DNA of 64,000 nt from an uncultured Hyphomicrobiales bacterium (GCA_905181735.1 CAJIYR010000008.1:81876-145875); one strand, 5' to 3'. Shown: positions 30,240-41,924, counted from the first letter of the stretch. Made by a program: numbers and translations. The notes: generated by a model not told the origin, from the sequence alone.

Positions 30240-31013
30240 ATGAAACACAATATATTAGAAGATAGATCTGTAATAGAAATAAAAGGTAATGAATCTATCA
30301 AATTTCTTCAAAACATACTGACCGCAGATATATCGCTATTAAACAAAAAAAATATACTGAGTTCAGCATTACTTAGCCCACAAGGAAAAATATTATTCGA
30401 AATGATAATATATTCTCATGGAGGTAATATTCTTATAGAATCTAATAAAAATCTGCATCATGATTTAATTAAAAAACTCAATTTATATAAATTAAATTCG
30501 AATATAGAAATAAATGATCGAAAAGATCTAGTGGTTTCATGGGAAAAAGTATGTTCTAAGGTGGATCAAAATTTTTACACTGATCCTCGCGACGAGGCAT
30601 TGGGTCAAAGAGCAATTATTCAAAAAGAATTAAATTTAAAGAGCAACTTAGATTTATATCACAAGACAAGAATAAGTCTGGGTATCCCAGAGATAATTTA
30701 CGATTATAATCAAGGTACTATTTTTCCACACGAGGCAAATCTCAATGATTTTAACGGGGTATCCTTAAATAAAGGTTGCTATATTGGCCAAGAAATAGTC
30801 TCAAGAATGCATTTTCGGGGAACTATGAAAAAAAAATTTCATTTATTTAATTACGAAGGAATTGTGTCTGCATTTAACGAAAATCTAGTACACAAAAATA
30901 AGATTATTGGAACATTTGGATCACACACAGAAGACAAAGTGCTAATCTTAATTAAATTACAAGAATTGGAAGAAAGTATGAAATTGGAAAAAATAAATTT
31001 ATACTTATGTTAA
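30240..31013 (+). CDS. ygfZ: Folate-binding Fe-S repair protein YgfZ
   Basis: 'LLSPQGKI', 'DPR', signature 'KGCYIGQE'. Confidence 0.9.
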   Translation: MKHNILEDRSVIEIKGNESIKFLQNILTADISLLNKKNILSSALLSPQGKILFEMIIYSHGGNILIESNKNLHHDLIKKLNLYKLNSNIEINDRKDLVVSWEKVCSKVDQNFYTDPRDEALGQRAIIQKELNLKSNLDLYHKTRISLGIPEIIYDYNQGTIFPHEANLNDFNGVSLNKGCYIGQEIVSRMHFRGTMKKKFHLFNYEGIVSAFNENLVHKNKIIGTFGSHTEDKVLILIKLQELEESMKLEKINLYLC

Positions 31014-31039
31014 ATTATAATAATAATTAATAAGATAAT

Positions 31040-31546
31040 ATGAAAATTGTAATATCTCCGTTAAGTTTAGCAAATAAGATGATTGATAAATATAATGCAA
31101 ATTATATAATTTCAATTTTATCGCCGGGCGAATCGTTCCCGATATTTGAAGGCATTAAAGATACAAATCATCTTAAATTATCATTTAACGATATCACATC
31201 TCCTAGAAAAAATTTAATTCAACCGTCCTTAGGACACGTAAAAAATATTATAAGCTTTACAAAAAAATGCACTAAGAATGACACCCTTTTAATACACTGC
31301 TATGCTGGGATATCAAGATCGACAGCGGCCGCATTAATTGTATACTGTTATTATAAAAAAGACTTAAGAGCAGATTTAATGGCAACTGAACTGATGTCTT
31401 TATCTCCATCCGCAAACCCTAATAGTTTATTATTAAAGTTGGGAGACCATATAATCGGAAGTAGTAATATCTTAAGTGAATGCCACAAGATATTAAAAAA
31501 ACCAATATTAACCTATGAAAACAAGCCTTTTACACTAAATTGCTAA
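31040..31546 (+). CDS. Protein-tyrosine-phosphatase-like protein
   Basis: CX5R loop 'HCYAGISRSTAAA', 'FNDI', 'SPSANPN'. Confidence 0.85.
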   Translation: MKIVISPLSLANKMIDKYNANYIISILSPGESFPIFEGIKDTNHLKLSFNDITSPRKNLIQPSLGHVKNIISFTKKCTKNDTLLIHCYAGISRSTAAALIVYCYYKKDLRADLMATELMSLSPSANPNSLLLKLGDHIIGSSNILSECHKILKKPILTYENKPFTLNC

Positions 31547-31770
31547 GAAATTAAGAAAATATATTTATTATAATTAAATAAACTAAATTGATTTATTATG
31601 GTTTAATTATTATATATAAAACATAATAAATAAAAGTTGTTTACAGTATGAGATTAATATAATTATATATAGCTATGGTGGTTACGATTTAAATACTGGG
31701 ATGTATTGGTGAATATACACTTATATAGAAATTCAATGAAAAAAGTAATAAAGAATCAAAGGGTATCATA

Positions 31771-32787
31771 ATGGAAACTTCAATAGAAATTCCAAACTTG
31801 GAATATAGCAATGATATTGCGAATGAAATGGCACCTTATTACGAAAAGGTGAAGTCGGTAATACCAAAAATCGAATGGCCGGTTCACGCTCCTTATATAA
31901 AGGCGATCAATGAATTAAAAAAACAAAGAAATGCAGTGCTATTAGCCCATAATTATCAAACACCAGAAATATACCATTGTGTAGCAGATTTCGTTGGAGA
32001 CAGCCTGGCATTGTCAAAAGAAGCCGCAAGAACAGAAGCGGACATAATCATTCAATGCGGCGTGCACTTTATGGCAGAAACATCAAAAATACTAAATCCG
32101 AATAAAATGGTTTTGGTACCTGACTTAGATGCAGGTTGCTCTCTTGCTGAATCTATAACTGGAGATGATGTAAGAAAACTGAAACAAAAATATCCAGGGG
32201 TTCCAGTTGTTACATACGTCAACACTTCTGCAGATGTTAAAGCTGAATCTGATATTTGCTGCACATCAGGAAATGCATTGGAAATAATAGAATCACTTGG
32301 TGCTAAGAAAGTATTATTTCTCCCAGATAAATATCTAGCGCAAAATATTGCTAAACAAACAGATGTTGAAATTATTTGGTGGGAAGGCAGTTGCATAGTT
32401 CATGAACTATTTACCCCCGAAGAATTACATCAAGCGAGAGAAAACGAAGAGGATTTAATAATAATTGCTCATCCAGAATGCCCACCTAACGTTGTTGAGG
32501 CTGCAGATTTCTCAGGTTCCACAGCCAATATGATTAGTTATATCAAAGAAAATCAACCAAAAAAAGTTATGATGGTTACAGAGTGCTCAATGAGCGATAA
32601 TGTTTCTGCAGTGAACCCAAATGTTCAATTTATAAGGCCTTGTAATCTGTGCCCTTATATGAAAAAAATTACATTACCTAAAATATTAGATAATTTAATA
32701 TATCTTAATAATGAGGTTAAAATTGACCCCCTTATTGCAGCAAAAGCTTTTAATGCAGTTGATAGAATGATAAATTTAAAAATTTAA
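31771..32787 (+). CDS. nadA: Quinolinate synthase
   Basis: 'LAHNYQ', 'GDSL', 'CGVHFMAET', 'AGCSLA', 'YVNTSA', 'CIVH', 'AHPEC', 'CPYMKK'. Confidence 0.97.
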   Translation: METSIEIPNLEYSNDIANEMAPYYEKVKSVIPKIEWPVHAPYIKAINELKKQRNAVLLAHNYQTPEIYHCVADFVGDSLALSKEAARTEADIIIQCGVHFMAETSKILNPNKMVLVPDLDAGCSLAESITGDDVRKLKQKYPGVPVVTYVNTSADVKAESDICCTSGNALEIIESLGAKKVLFLPDKYLAQNIAKQTDVEIIWWEGSCIVHELFTPEELHQARENEEDLIIIAHPECPPNVVEAADFSGSTANMISYIKENQPKKVMMVTECSMSDNVSAVNPNVQFIRPCNLCPYMKKITLPKILDNLIYLNNEVKIDPLIAAKAFNAVDRMINLKI

Positions 32788-32803
32788 ACTAGGATCAGTA
32801 ATC

Positions 32804-34324
32804 ATGACAGACAAAAATACTGTCATTATAATAGGAGCTGGTCTTGCAGGACTATTTACAGCATTAAAACTAGCTCCATTAAATGTCAAAGTTATATCAT
32901 CAAAGTCCCTAGGGTCTGGCACTTCTAGTCAATGGGCTCAGGCCGGGATAGCCGCCGCTGTTGGTCAAAATGACTCTGCAAATTTACATAAACATGACAC
33001 GATATCTGTTGGTGCTGGAATAGTTGATGAATATGCTGCCGGGATTATGGTTGAGGCTGGACCAAATAGAATTAATGATTTGATAAACTTAGGCGTTCCC
33101 TTCGATAAAGGATCTAATAATAAACTTCTATTAAAAAAAGAAGCTGCACATGGCATAAATAGAATAGTTTCTGTTAATGGAGATATGACCGGAAAAGCAA
33201 TAATGAAAACGTTGTCTGAAACTGTTAAGAAATCAAATCATATAGATGTCATAGAAAATTTTAATGCCGTTGAATTATTAAAAGATCAAGATGGTATTTT
33301 TGGAGTTGTTATACAATCGAATCTAGATAATAAAAAAGAACAAAGATTGTACTCTAGGAATATTATTATAGCTACTGGTGGCATTGGTCAATTATATGAA
33401 GTGACAACTAATGCAATAGAAGCTAAAGGTGATGGTATCGCTATTGCAGCCCGTATCGGTGCAGATTTATCAGACTTAGAGTTTGTACAATTTCATCCAA
33501 CTGCATTTAATATAGGGATTGACCCTGCCCCCCTTGCAACAGAAGCTTTGAGGGGAGATGGAGCTAAAATTATAAATGAACTCAACGAAAGATTTCTCTT
33601 AAAGACACATCAACAAGCGGAGCTAGCTCCAAGAGATATTGTTTCTCGTGCTATATTCAATGAAATAAAAAATGGCCACAAAGTGTATCTAGATTGCAGA
33701 GGTGAATTAGGGAAAAGCATGAAAAAAACCTTTCCTACTGTATATGGATTTTGCAAAGATAATAATATTAATCCAGAAAACCAGGCAATTCCTATAGCCC
33801 CTGCAGCACACTACCATATGGGAGGAATTTCTACCGATGCTAATGGAAAAACTAGTATCAACGGACTATGGGCATGTGGAGAATCAGCTTCAACTGGCGT
33901 GCATGGCGCCAATAGATTGGCTTCGAATTCCTTGCTTGAAGCGATAGTTTTTGGCTCTATAATAGCAAAGAATATTAAGTCTTTGCCTAACAACACTCCA
34001 GTTAAGAATAGTGAAGCTACAACATCTAAAGTAGTACCGATTAATTCAAAAGATCTAAAAATTTTAAAGTCAATAATGACAAGAAAAGTCGGTGTAGAGA
34101 GAAATGGAGAAGAATTAGATGAAGCTTTTAATGAGATACTAACACTAAATCAAAAATACAAAAAAAATAATCAAATAAATAACACTATTATAACAGCGCT
34201 TCTTATAATTAAATCTGCTATAAAAAGAAAAGAGCATCGTGGGAGCCATTATAGGTCAGATTTCCCAGAAACTAACTCTTTGCTAAACAATAGAAGCAAA
34301 ATAACAATAAAAGATATAATCTAA
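32804..34324 (+). CDS. nadB: L-aspartate oxidase
   Basis: 'GAGLAG', 'WAQAGIAA', 'QFHPT', 'TEALRG', 'ELAPRD', 'HYHMGG', 'HGANRLASNSL'. Confidence 0.95.
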   Translation: MTDKNTVIIIGAGLAGLFTALKLAPLNVKVISSKSLGSGTSSQWAQAGIAAAVGQNDSANLHKHDTISVGAGIVDEYAAGIMVEAGPNRINDLINLGVPFDKGSNNKLLLKKEAAHGINRIVSVNGDMTGKAIMKTLSETVKKSNHIDVIENFNAVELLKDQDGIFGVVIQSNLDNKKEQRLYSRNIIIATGGIGQLYEVTTNAIEAKGDGIAIAARIGADLSDLEFVQFHPTAFNIGIDPAPLATEALRGDGAKIINELNERFLLKTHQQAELAPRDIVSRAIFNEIKNGHKVYLDCRGELGKSMKKTFPTVYGFCKDNNINPENQAIPIAPAAHYHMGGISTDANGKTSINGLWACGESASTGVHGANRLASNSLLEAIVFGSIIAKNIKSLPNNTPVKNSEATTSKVVPINSKDLKILKSIMTRKVGVERNGEELDEAFNEILTLNQKYKKNNQINNTIITALLIIKSAIKRKEHRGSHYRSDFPETNSLLNNRSKITIKDII

Positions 34325-35181
34325 TGATAGAAATTAATCCAATTCCACAACACATAATAAAAAATTGCGTAAAGAATGCCATTGCAGAGGATCTTGGTCA
34401 AGCGGGTGATTTAACAAGCAATTACCTTATTGATAAAAATCAAGAAAATGAATGGATAATTACTTCCAATCAAAATGGAGTGGTTTCTGGTATAAGATGT
34501 GCTGAGTATGCCTTCAATTTTATTGACAAAAATGTATGTTTCAAGTCTTTTGTAATGGACGGAGAAAAGGTTACAAAAGATACTAAAATAGCATTGATAT
34601 CCGGAAGAAGTTTACCTATTTTAACAGCTGAAAGAACAGCTTTAAATTTTATAGGACATTTATCTGGAATTGCTACCGAAACAAATAAATTTGTTGAATT
34701 AACGAAACATACAAAGGTCAAGATTGTTTCAACAAGGAAAACAACACCTGGAATAAGAGCGTTAGAAAAATATGCTATACGTTGTGGTGGTGGATTTAAT
34801 CATAGATTAGGGTTGGATTACGCAATTTTAATTAAAGATAATCATATTGAGGCCGTCGGTGGTGTAAAGGAAGCTTTAAAATTAGCAAAACAAAAAGCAA
34901 GTCATTTAATGTCTATTGAAATTGAAGTTGATACAATTGAGCAATTAGAAGAAGCGTTAAAATATGAAGCTAAAATAATCCTTTTAGATAATATGACAAT
35001 TGATAATTTAAAGGCTGCAGTTAAAATAGCTAATGGGGGCGCTATCCTAGAGGCCTCAGGAAATATCAATGAAAATAATGTATTACAAGTTGCTGAAACA
35101 GGTATTGATATAATATCAATTGGAAGATTAACTCATTCTTCACCCTCTTTGGACATAAGCTTGCACTGTAATAAAAAATAG
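34324..35181 (+). CDS. nadC: Quinolinate phosphoribosyltransferase
   Basis: 'ERTALN', 'TRKTTPG', 'HRLGL', 'IKDNH', 'EIEV', 'LLDN', 'EASG'; TAATG overlap with nadB. Confidence 0.96.
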   Translation: MIEINPIPQHIIKNCVKNAIAEDLGQAGDLTSNYLIDKNQENEWIITSNQNGVVSGIRCAEYAFNFIDKNVCFKSFVMDGEKVTKDTKIALISGRSLPILTAERTALNFIGHLSGIATETNKFVELTKHTKVKIVSTRKTTPGIRALEKYAIRCGGGFNHRLGLDYAILIKDNHIEAVGGVKEALKLAKQKASHLMSIEIEVDTIEQLEEALKYEAKIILLDNMTIDNLKAAVKIANGGAILEASGNINENNVLQVAETGIDIISIGRLTHSSPSLDISLHCNKK

Positions 35182-35186
35182 AAAAT

Positions 35187-37856
35187 CTATTTATTTTTTA
35201 TTTTTATCTCTGCTTGTGCTGCTGAAAGCCTTGCAACCGGAACTCGGTATGGAGAACACGAAACATAATTTAATTCAATTTCTGCACAAAATTCAATAGA
35301 ACTTGGATCCCCTCCATGTTCGCCACAAATACCTAATTTTATAGAATTATTTTTTGACCTACCTCTTTCAACTGCAATCTCTATTAACTCACCGACACCT
35401 TCTCTATCAATAGAGACAAATGGATCCCTTTCAAAAATACCATTGGATATATAAGTATCTAAAAATCTTGAGGAATCATCCCTACTAATCCCATATGTAG
35501 TTTGAGTAAGATCGTTTGTTCCAAAGGAAAAGAAGTCCGCAACTTCAGCTATTTCTGAAGATTTCAAAGCAGCTCTTGGCAATTCAATCATAGTGCCCAC
35601 TGTATAATCTAATTTTAATTTATGTTCGTTTTCTATTTCTTTTGCAACCTTATCAATCAAATTTTTAACTATCTCTAATTCTCTTCTCGAAGCAACTAAA
35701 GGTACCATAATTTCTGGTTGAACCCTCTTCCCTGATTTTTTATTAATCTCAACACACGCTTCAAAAATAGCCCTTGCTTGCATCTCGGGTATTTCTGGGT
35801 ACGTTATTGCTAACCTGCACCCTCGATGACCTAACATTGGATTGGATTCAGATAGTTCATCTATTCTTATTTTCAACGAAGAAGTGTTAATACCCAATGC
35901 TGTTGCCACTGCATCTATATCTTTTTGTGTATGCGGTAAAAACTCATGCAATGGAGGATCAAGAAGCCTTATGGTCACTGGCAATTCATCCATAACATCA
36001 AAAAGGTCTATAAAATCCTTCTTTTGCATAGGTAGAATCTTTAACAAAGCTTTCTTTCTACCTTCTTCGCTATCAGCTAGAATCATTTCACGGACGGCAT
36101 TTATTCTACCTTCCTCGAAAAACATGTGCTCGGTTCTACATAATCCTATGCCTTCAGCACCAAAGCTCCTTGCAACCTCGGCATCAATCTTTGTCTCAGC
36201 GTTAGCCCTTACTCTAAGCTTCCTAAATCCATCTGCCCATTTCATTAATTGAGAAAAATCTCCAGATAATTCAGGATCCTTCATTTTAACTTCTCCTGAA
36301 ATAATTTGTCCACTTGAACCATCTATTGTTATGATATCGCCCGCCATAAATGTTAACTTACCAATTATTAACATATTATTTTCATAATCAATTCTCAGAG
36401 CACCCGCACCAGAAATACATGGACGCCCCATACCACGCGCAACAACTGCCGCATGACTTGTCATGCCTCCCCTAGTAGTCAATATTCCTACTGCAGCGTG
36501 CATCCCATGAATATCCTCTGGACTTGTTTCAATTCTGGTTAAAATGACTTTTTTCCCATCACTTGCTAATTTCTCAGCTTCATCTGCGTTAAAAACAATC
36601 TGACCAGAGGCTGCTCCAGGTGATGCTGGAAGACCAGTAGCTATGACATTCAAATCAGCATCTTTATCAATGGTAGGGTGTAGTAATTGATCTAACTCAT
36701 TAGGATTTATTCTGGACACCGCTTCTTCTTGAGAAATCAATCCTTCTTTAACAAAATCGACAGCAATCTTTATTGCAGCTTTGGTTGTTCTTTTTCCAGA
36801 CCTTGTTTGAAGCATCCATAGGCGACCTTCTTGAATTGTGAATTCAATATCTTGCATATCGCGATAATGACTTTCTAAATTATCCGCAACTTTTTTTAGC
36901 TCCTTAAATACATCCGGCATTAATTTTTCAAGCGACATGTCTTCTGAACCGGATTCAATTCTAGATAGCTCTGAAATATTTTGCGGCGTTCTAATTCCTG
37001 CTACAACATCTTCACCTTGTGCATTAACTAGAAACTCCCCATAAAATTCTTTATTCCCATTTGATGGATTACGAGTAAATGCAACCCCTGTTGCACTGTT
37101 ATCATCTAAATTACCATATACCATCGCTTGTACATTAACAGCAGTCCCCCAGTGATCAGGTATATCATTTAATTTTCTATAAGTTTTTGCTCGATTATTT
37201 TGCCAAGAACCAAACACAGCCGAGATGGACCCCCATAATTGTATGTTAACATCTTGAGGAAAAGGGTTTCCGTACTCTTTTAATAACTCCTCTTTATAAT
37301 GACTAACTATATTCTTCCAATCTCCACTATTCAGATCAGTATCAAGGGTGTAATTATTATCAATTTTATAATCTTCTAGGATATCCTCAAAAATATGGTG
37401 TTCCACACCCAAAACAACGTTAGAATACATCTGTATAAATCTACGGTAAGAATCGTATGCAAATCTTGCATCTCCAGATTTTTTTGCCAAAGCCTCCACT
37501 GTAATATCATTCAACCCTAGATTTAATACTGTGTCCAACATACCTGGCATAGATGACCTTGCACCAGATCTTACAGAAACCAACAGAGGGTTCTGATCGC
37601 TTCCAAATTTCGATCCAACTGTATCTTCAATTTCTTTAATTGCACTATTAACCTGATCATCTAATTCATCTGGTAAATTAGAATTATTTTCATAATACGA
37701 AGTGCAAACTTCAGTTGTAATAGTAAAACCTGGAGGGACAGGAAGTTTTAAAGAACACATCTCAGCTAAATTAGCTCCCTTACCACCTAATAAATTACGC
37801 ATTGAAGTGTTGCCTTCTGTATTTTTTCCACCAAAATTATATACCCATTTAGTCAT
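35187..37856 (-). CDS. ppdK: Pyruvate, phosphate dikinase
   Basis: 'MTKWVYNFG', 'LLGGKGANLAEM', phospho-His 'GGMTSHAAVV', 'GLCRTEHMF', 'FGTNDLTQ'; ORF could start as far up as 37886. Confidence 0.97.
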   Translation of the reverse strand: MTKWVYNFGGKNTEGNTSMRNLLGGKGANLAEMCSLKLPVPPGFTITTEVCTSYYENNSNLPDELDDQVNSAIKEIEDTVGSKFGSDQNPLLVSVRSGARSSMPGMLDTVLNLGLNDITVEALAKKSGDARFAYDSYRRFIQMYSNVVLGVEHHIFEDILEDYKIDNNYTLDTDLNSGDWKNIVSHYKEELLKEYGNPFPQDVNIQLWGSISAVFGSWQNNRAKTYRKLNDIPDHWGTAVNVQAMVYGNLDDNSATGVAFTRNPSNGNKEFYGEFLVNAQGEDVVAGIRTPQNISELSRIESGSEDMSLEKLMPDVFKELKKVADNLESHYRDMQDIEFTIQEGRLWMLQTRSGKRTTKAAIKIAVDFVKEGLISQEEAVSRINPNELDQLLHPTIDKDADLNVIATGLPASPGAASGQIVFNADEAEKLASDGKKVILTRIETSPEDIHGMHAAVGILTTRGGMTSHAAVVARGMGRPCISGAGALRIDYENNMLIIGKLTFMAGDIITIDGSSGQIISGEVKMKDPELSGDFSQLMKWADGFRKLRVRANAETKIDAEVARSFGAEGIGLCRTEHMFFEEGRINAVREMILADSEEGRKKALLKILPMQKKDFIDLFDVMDELPVTIRLLDPPLHEFLPHTQKDIDAVATALGINTSSLKIRIDELSESNPMLGHRGCRLAITYPEIPEMQARAIFEACVEINKKSGKRVQPEIMVPLVASRRELEIVKNLIDKVAKEIENEHKLKLDYTVGTMIELPRAALKSSEIAEVADFFSFGTNDLTQTTYGISRDDSSRFLDTYISNGIFERDPFVSIDREGVGELIEIAVERGRSKNNSIKLGICGEHGGDPSSIEFCAEIELNYVSCSPYRVPVARLSAAQAEIKIKNK

Positions 37857-37898
37857 TTTTTTAAAATCTTTCATTATTTTAAGCATAGGAGAAATACA

Positions 37899-39986
37899 CT
37901 AAAAATCTATTACAGAAAAATCTGCTATTTTTTGTGTAAAAGAACGAATTCCCGCTAATAATTTTAACCTATTATCTTTTATTTCTTTTTTATCCACATT
38001 AACTATCACAGAGTCGAAGAAGTTATTTATTGGTTTCGAAAAAGCTAACAATAAGTCTTCGTAAATTTTTTTATCCCCCTTTTTATACACAGAAATGTCA
38101 ATATGGGAAAGTTTCGTTAATACATTATACAATTCTTTTTCTTCATTAAATTCAAACAAAGATTCATTTATCGTGCCATCAAGCACAGAGTAATCCTTCT
38201 TCCTTTCCTGAGCTTGCAGTATATTATGCACTCTTTTAATGGCTTTAACGAAGTCTATGCCTTCAATTGATTTAATAAAATTATTTAGTAATTTTATTTT
38301 TTCTGATAATAAATATAAATCATCTACTTCTTGCGCATTAATTGCAGCATCTATAACTTCTTTTCCGATATCATATTCACGCATATATGTACGCAATCTA
38401 TCTAACAAAAAATCTATTAAATCAGCACATATACCGTTACAATTAATACCTATCTCATTGGACAAAATATCTTGAGATTTATTTATAATTTGACGTATTG
38501 GAACCTCTATTTGACTTTCTATTATAATTCTAATTATACCATTTGCGGATCTTCTTAAAGCAAACGGATCTTTAGAACCAGTAGGTTTCTCGTTAATAGC
38601 CCAGAAACTAACTAACATATCAACCTTCTCGGCCAAAGCTATGCTTATAGAGACAGGAGAACTTGGCAACAAATCACCGCTACCAACAGGTAAATAATGC
38701 TCTCTAATTGCATCAGCAACCACACTATCTTCACCTTGTTCGATAGCGTAATATCGACCAATAGTTCCCTGGAGTTCTGGAAACTCAGAAACCATACCGG
38801 TTTGGAGGTCTGCCTTCGATAAATAAGCAGCCCTAGAAACTAACTCTACATTGGCGCCAACAAACCCTGCTATTAGTATTGATATACTCTTTATTCTAAT
38901 AACTCTGTTATATAATGTTCCTAATTTTTCATGAAATATAACGTCTTGCAATCCTTGAACCCTATTTTCAAGTTTGGTTGAAAGATCCTCCTCCCAAAAA
39001 TACAAAGCGTCATAAAGTCGTGCGCTTAGAACTCTCTGATTGCCGTTAATTATTGATTTTCCCAGATCTTGTGAATCAATATTTGATACAACTAAAAAAT
39101 TATTTGTCATTTCATTTGTTTTTTTATCAAAAACAGAAAAATATTTTTGATGATTCCTCATAGAGGTTATTAATACCTCCTCAGGCAGCATTAGAAATTT
39201 GACATCAAAGCTTCCAAATAAAACAACTGGCCATTCAACTAGTCCCGAAACCTCATTCAAAAGAGTTTCGTCTTCATGAATCATAAGATTTCTATCTGCC
39301 ATAATCAATGAAGCTTGGATATTGATTTTGTTTTTCCTCTCAACAATATCAATATCCACATAACTGCTTCTTAAAGATTTATGATATTGATCAATGCTAT
39401 GTATCTCTATGGAATTATTTGCCATAAATCTATGGCCAAAGGTAACGTTGGTTGCCTTCATATTATCAATTTTAAAATCTAAAGTAGTTGTTCTGTTTTC
39501 AAAAATTAATATACCTAAAATATTCTTTAAAGGTCTTACCCATCTCAAATCACCATTTCCCCACTTCATTGACTTTGGCCAAGGGAAATTTTGTATTATA
39601 TCAGGCATGATCTGAGAGATAATTTTATCTGCATCCCTTTTAGGTATTTTTCTATGAAAAGAATATCTGCTTCCTTTCGTTCCAGGCTTTATTTCACATT
39701 GATCTATCGTAGATAGATTATTTGAATCTAAAAAACCCTTAATAGCAGTTTCTGGAGCATCTGTTCTAGGTCCAAGTTTTTCTTCTAGAGTTTCTATGCT
39801 AAATGCATCCACGTTACGCAAAATAAGAACAAGTCTACGTGCGGAATAATACGTATGCGGATTATCAAAGCTTAAGCCATTTTCTTTTATTCTATTAGAC
39901 ACTAACTTTAACAGGTTGTCTGCTGCTGGAGCTTGCATCCGAGCTGGAATTTCCTCTGATAACAATTCAATTAAAAGATCTGGCAT
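37899..39986 (-). CDS. glyS: Glycine--tRNA ligase beta subunit
   Basis: 'LLIELLSEEIPARM', 'WPKSMKW', 'EFPELQG', 'TGSKDPFALRR', 'NRLKLL'. Confidence 0.96.
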   Translation of the reverse strand: MPDLLIELLSEEIPARMQAPAADNLLKLVSNRIKENGLSFDNPHTYYSARRLVLILRNVDAFSIETLEEKLGPRTDAPETAIKGFLDSNNLSTIDQCEIKPGTKGSRYSFHRKIPKRDADKIISQIMPDIIQNFPWPKSMKWGNGDLRWVRPLKNILGILIFENRTTTLDFKIDNMKATNVTFGHRFMANNSIEIHSIDQYHKSLRSSYVDIDIVERKNKINIQASLIMADRNLMIHEDETLLNEVSGLVEWPVVLFGSFDVKFLMLPEEVLITSMRNHQKYFSVFDKKTNEMTNNFLVVSNIDSQDLGKSIINGNQRVLSARLYDALYFWEEDLSTKLENRVQGLQDVIFHEKLGTLYNRVIRIKSISILIAGFVGANVELVSRAAYLSKADLQTGMVSEFPELQGTIGRYYAIEQGEDSVVADAIREHYLPVGSGDLLPSSPVSISIALAEKVDMLVSFWAINEKPTGSKDPFALRRSANGIIRIIIESQIEVPIRQIINKSQDILSNEIGINCNGICADLIDFLLDRLRTYMREYDIGKEVIDAAINAQEVDDLYLLSEKIKLLNNFIKSIEGIDFVKAIKRVHNILQAQERKKDYSVLDGTINESLFEFNEEKELYNVLTKLSHIDISVYKKGDKKIYEDLLLAFSKPINNFFDSVIVNVDKKEIKDNRLKLLAGIRSFTQKIADFSVIDF

Positions 39987-40035
39987 CTAAATTAACATTC
40001 CTTTGTTGTAAATAATATAATTATATTACCCGTTA

Positions 40036-40929
40036 TTATTTATTCTCAAGCCAAGCGTCAGCTGATGATTTGGCTAAATTTCTTATTCTAAGGATATAGG
40101 ACTGTCTTTCTGTAACGGATATAACCCCTCTTGCGTCTAATATATTGAATAAATGCGAAGCTTTAATGCATTGATCATAGGCGGGTAAAGCCAATCCAAT
40201 GGATGCCAATCGTAAACTTTCATCTTCACAATCTTTAAATTGTCTAAATATATAATTAGTATTAGCTTCTTTAAAATTATAATAAGAGAACTCTTTTTCA
40301 GACCTTTTAAAAACATCCCCATAAGTAATCTTATTTTTACCTTGTAGTCCGTTATAATTTAAATCATAGACATTATCTACCTCTTGAACGTACATAGCTA
40401 GTCGTTCGAGGCCATATGTTAATTCTCCAGGTATTGGATTGCATTCATATCCACATACCTGCTGAAAATAAGTAAATTGAGATACTTCCATCCCATCACA
40501 CCAAACCTCCCATCCTAAGCCCCAAGCTCCCAATGTTGGACTCTCCCAATCATCTTCAACAAACCTAATATCATGCAGGTCCTTACTAATGCCAATCTGA
40601 TTTAAGCTCTCTAAATACAAGTCTTGTATATTATCTGGAGACGGTTTCAATATTACTTGGAATTGGTAATAATGCTGCATTCTATTTGGATTTTCACCGT
40701 ACCTGCCATCAGATGGTCTTCTTGATGGTTGCACGTAAGCAGCGTTCCAGGGGTCAGGACCCAAGGCCCTTAATATCGTAGAAGGATGGAAAGTACCGGC
40801 ACCAACCTCCATGTCATAAGGCTGAAGTATAGTGCAACCAACGCTTGCCCAATAATTCTGTAATGTTAAAATTAGACCTTGAAAAGAATTTTTTGGATCC
40901 AATGAAATTTTACCGTCTATATTACTCAT
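40036..40929 (-). CDS. glyQ: Glycine--tRNA ligase alpha subunit
   Basis: 'EVGAGTFHP', '[10 protein letters not shown]', '[16 protein letters not shown]', 'YGLERL'. Confidence 0.97.
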   Translation of the reverse strand: MSNIDGKISLDPKNSFQGLILTLQNYWASVGCTILQPYDMEVGAGTFHPSTILRALGPDPWNAAYVQPSRRPSDGRYGENPNRMQHYYQFQVILKPSPDNIQDLYLESLNQIGISKDLHDIRFVEDDWESPTLGAWGLGWEVWCDGMEVSQFTYFQQVCGYECNPIPGELTYGLERLAMYVQEVDNVYDLNYNGLQGKNKITYGDVFKRSEKEFSYYNFKEANTNYIFRQFKDCEDESLRLASIGLALPAYDQCIKASHLFNILDARGVISVTERQSYILRIRNLAKSSADAWLENK

Positions 40930-41040
40930 TGTGCTTGAAACTTTTTTATTAATTAAGATTTTTATATTATCCTATTATCTCTAAATATAAATCAAATATT
41001 GAATACAACCATAATATAAAAAATTAAAAAAATACTTAAA

Positions 41041-41850
41041 TTATTTAACTATAATATAATTTGATTTTGATAAATCAATAGTTGCTCCATTTCTTAACAC
41101 ATATTCAGCTTTTTTTGTATAAGAACCATCATTTTCGTGTAAAATCAATGGTGGCAATAATTTTAATTCAGATCTACTGCCTTTTTTTGCCTGAACAATT
41201 ACCCTTGAAGCGCTAGATGTGATTTTTGACATTATTGGTAAAATATTTATTCCTCCAAAAGACTTATTTAGTGCAATTAACAACTCATCCAAAGCAGACA
41301 TCCTGTTAATTATTGTAATCGTGCCTTTTTCGACTAAAACTTTGGAGAGCTTATCGATCCAAATTGTAGAAGTGCCTTTGGGCGAAACTTTAGCTATTTG
41401 ATTTTTATAATTAGATGGCAATTGTACTTTACCACTTTCATAATATGGTGGGTTCATTAATACATGATCGAATGGAAAAGGAATGTTTAATTTTTTAATT
41501 GATTTAGAGCTTAAATCTGAAATATCCATTTTTACAAAGTTTGATATCTCTTCTAAATTATTAAATTTTGCATTATAGTTAGCATAAGAAATATTCATTT
41601 CATCCAAATCGATACCACAAATATTTATATTAGGAACTCTTGTTGCCACAGCCAAAGCAGCCGCTCCATTGCCGGTTCCTGCATCCAAAATATTATTACC
41701 ATTCTTTACAGGTACCGCGGCAGCCAGTAACATGGTATCAGAAGTAACTCTGGCACCTTCAGTTGATTGTTTTAGAAGTAATCTCCCACCTAGAAATTCA
41801 TCCGTCGAATATGTTATATTTATATTTATTTCTTTATTCATGAAATCCAA
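41041..41850 (-). CDS. tRNA1(Val) A37 N6-methyltransferase-like SAM methyltransferase
   Basis: 'FLGGRL', 'DTMLLAA', 'LDAGTGNG', 'MNPPYY'. Confidence 0.85.
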   Translation of the reverse strand: MDFMNKEININITYSTDEFLGGRLLLKQSTEGARVTSDTMLLAAAVPVKNGNNILDAGTGNGAAALAVATRVPNINICGIDLDEMNISYANYNAKFNNLEEISNFVKMDISDLSSKSIKKLNIPFPFDHVLMNPPYYESGKVQLPSNYKNQIAKVSPKGTSTIWIDKLSKVLVEKGTITIINRMSALDELLIALNKSFGGINILPIMSKITSSASRVIVQAKKGSRSELKLLPPLILHENDGSYTKKAEYVLRNGATIDLSKSNYIIVK

Positions 41851-41924
41851 TTACAAAATTAATTAATTTAAGCTATACAAAGAAATAGAAAAAAATATTT
41901 CAAAGATTAATAAAAAAATATATT

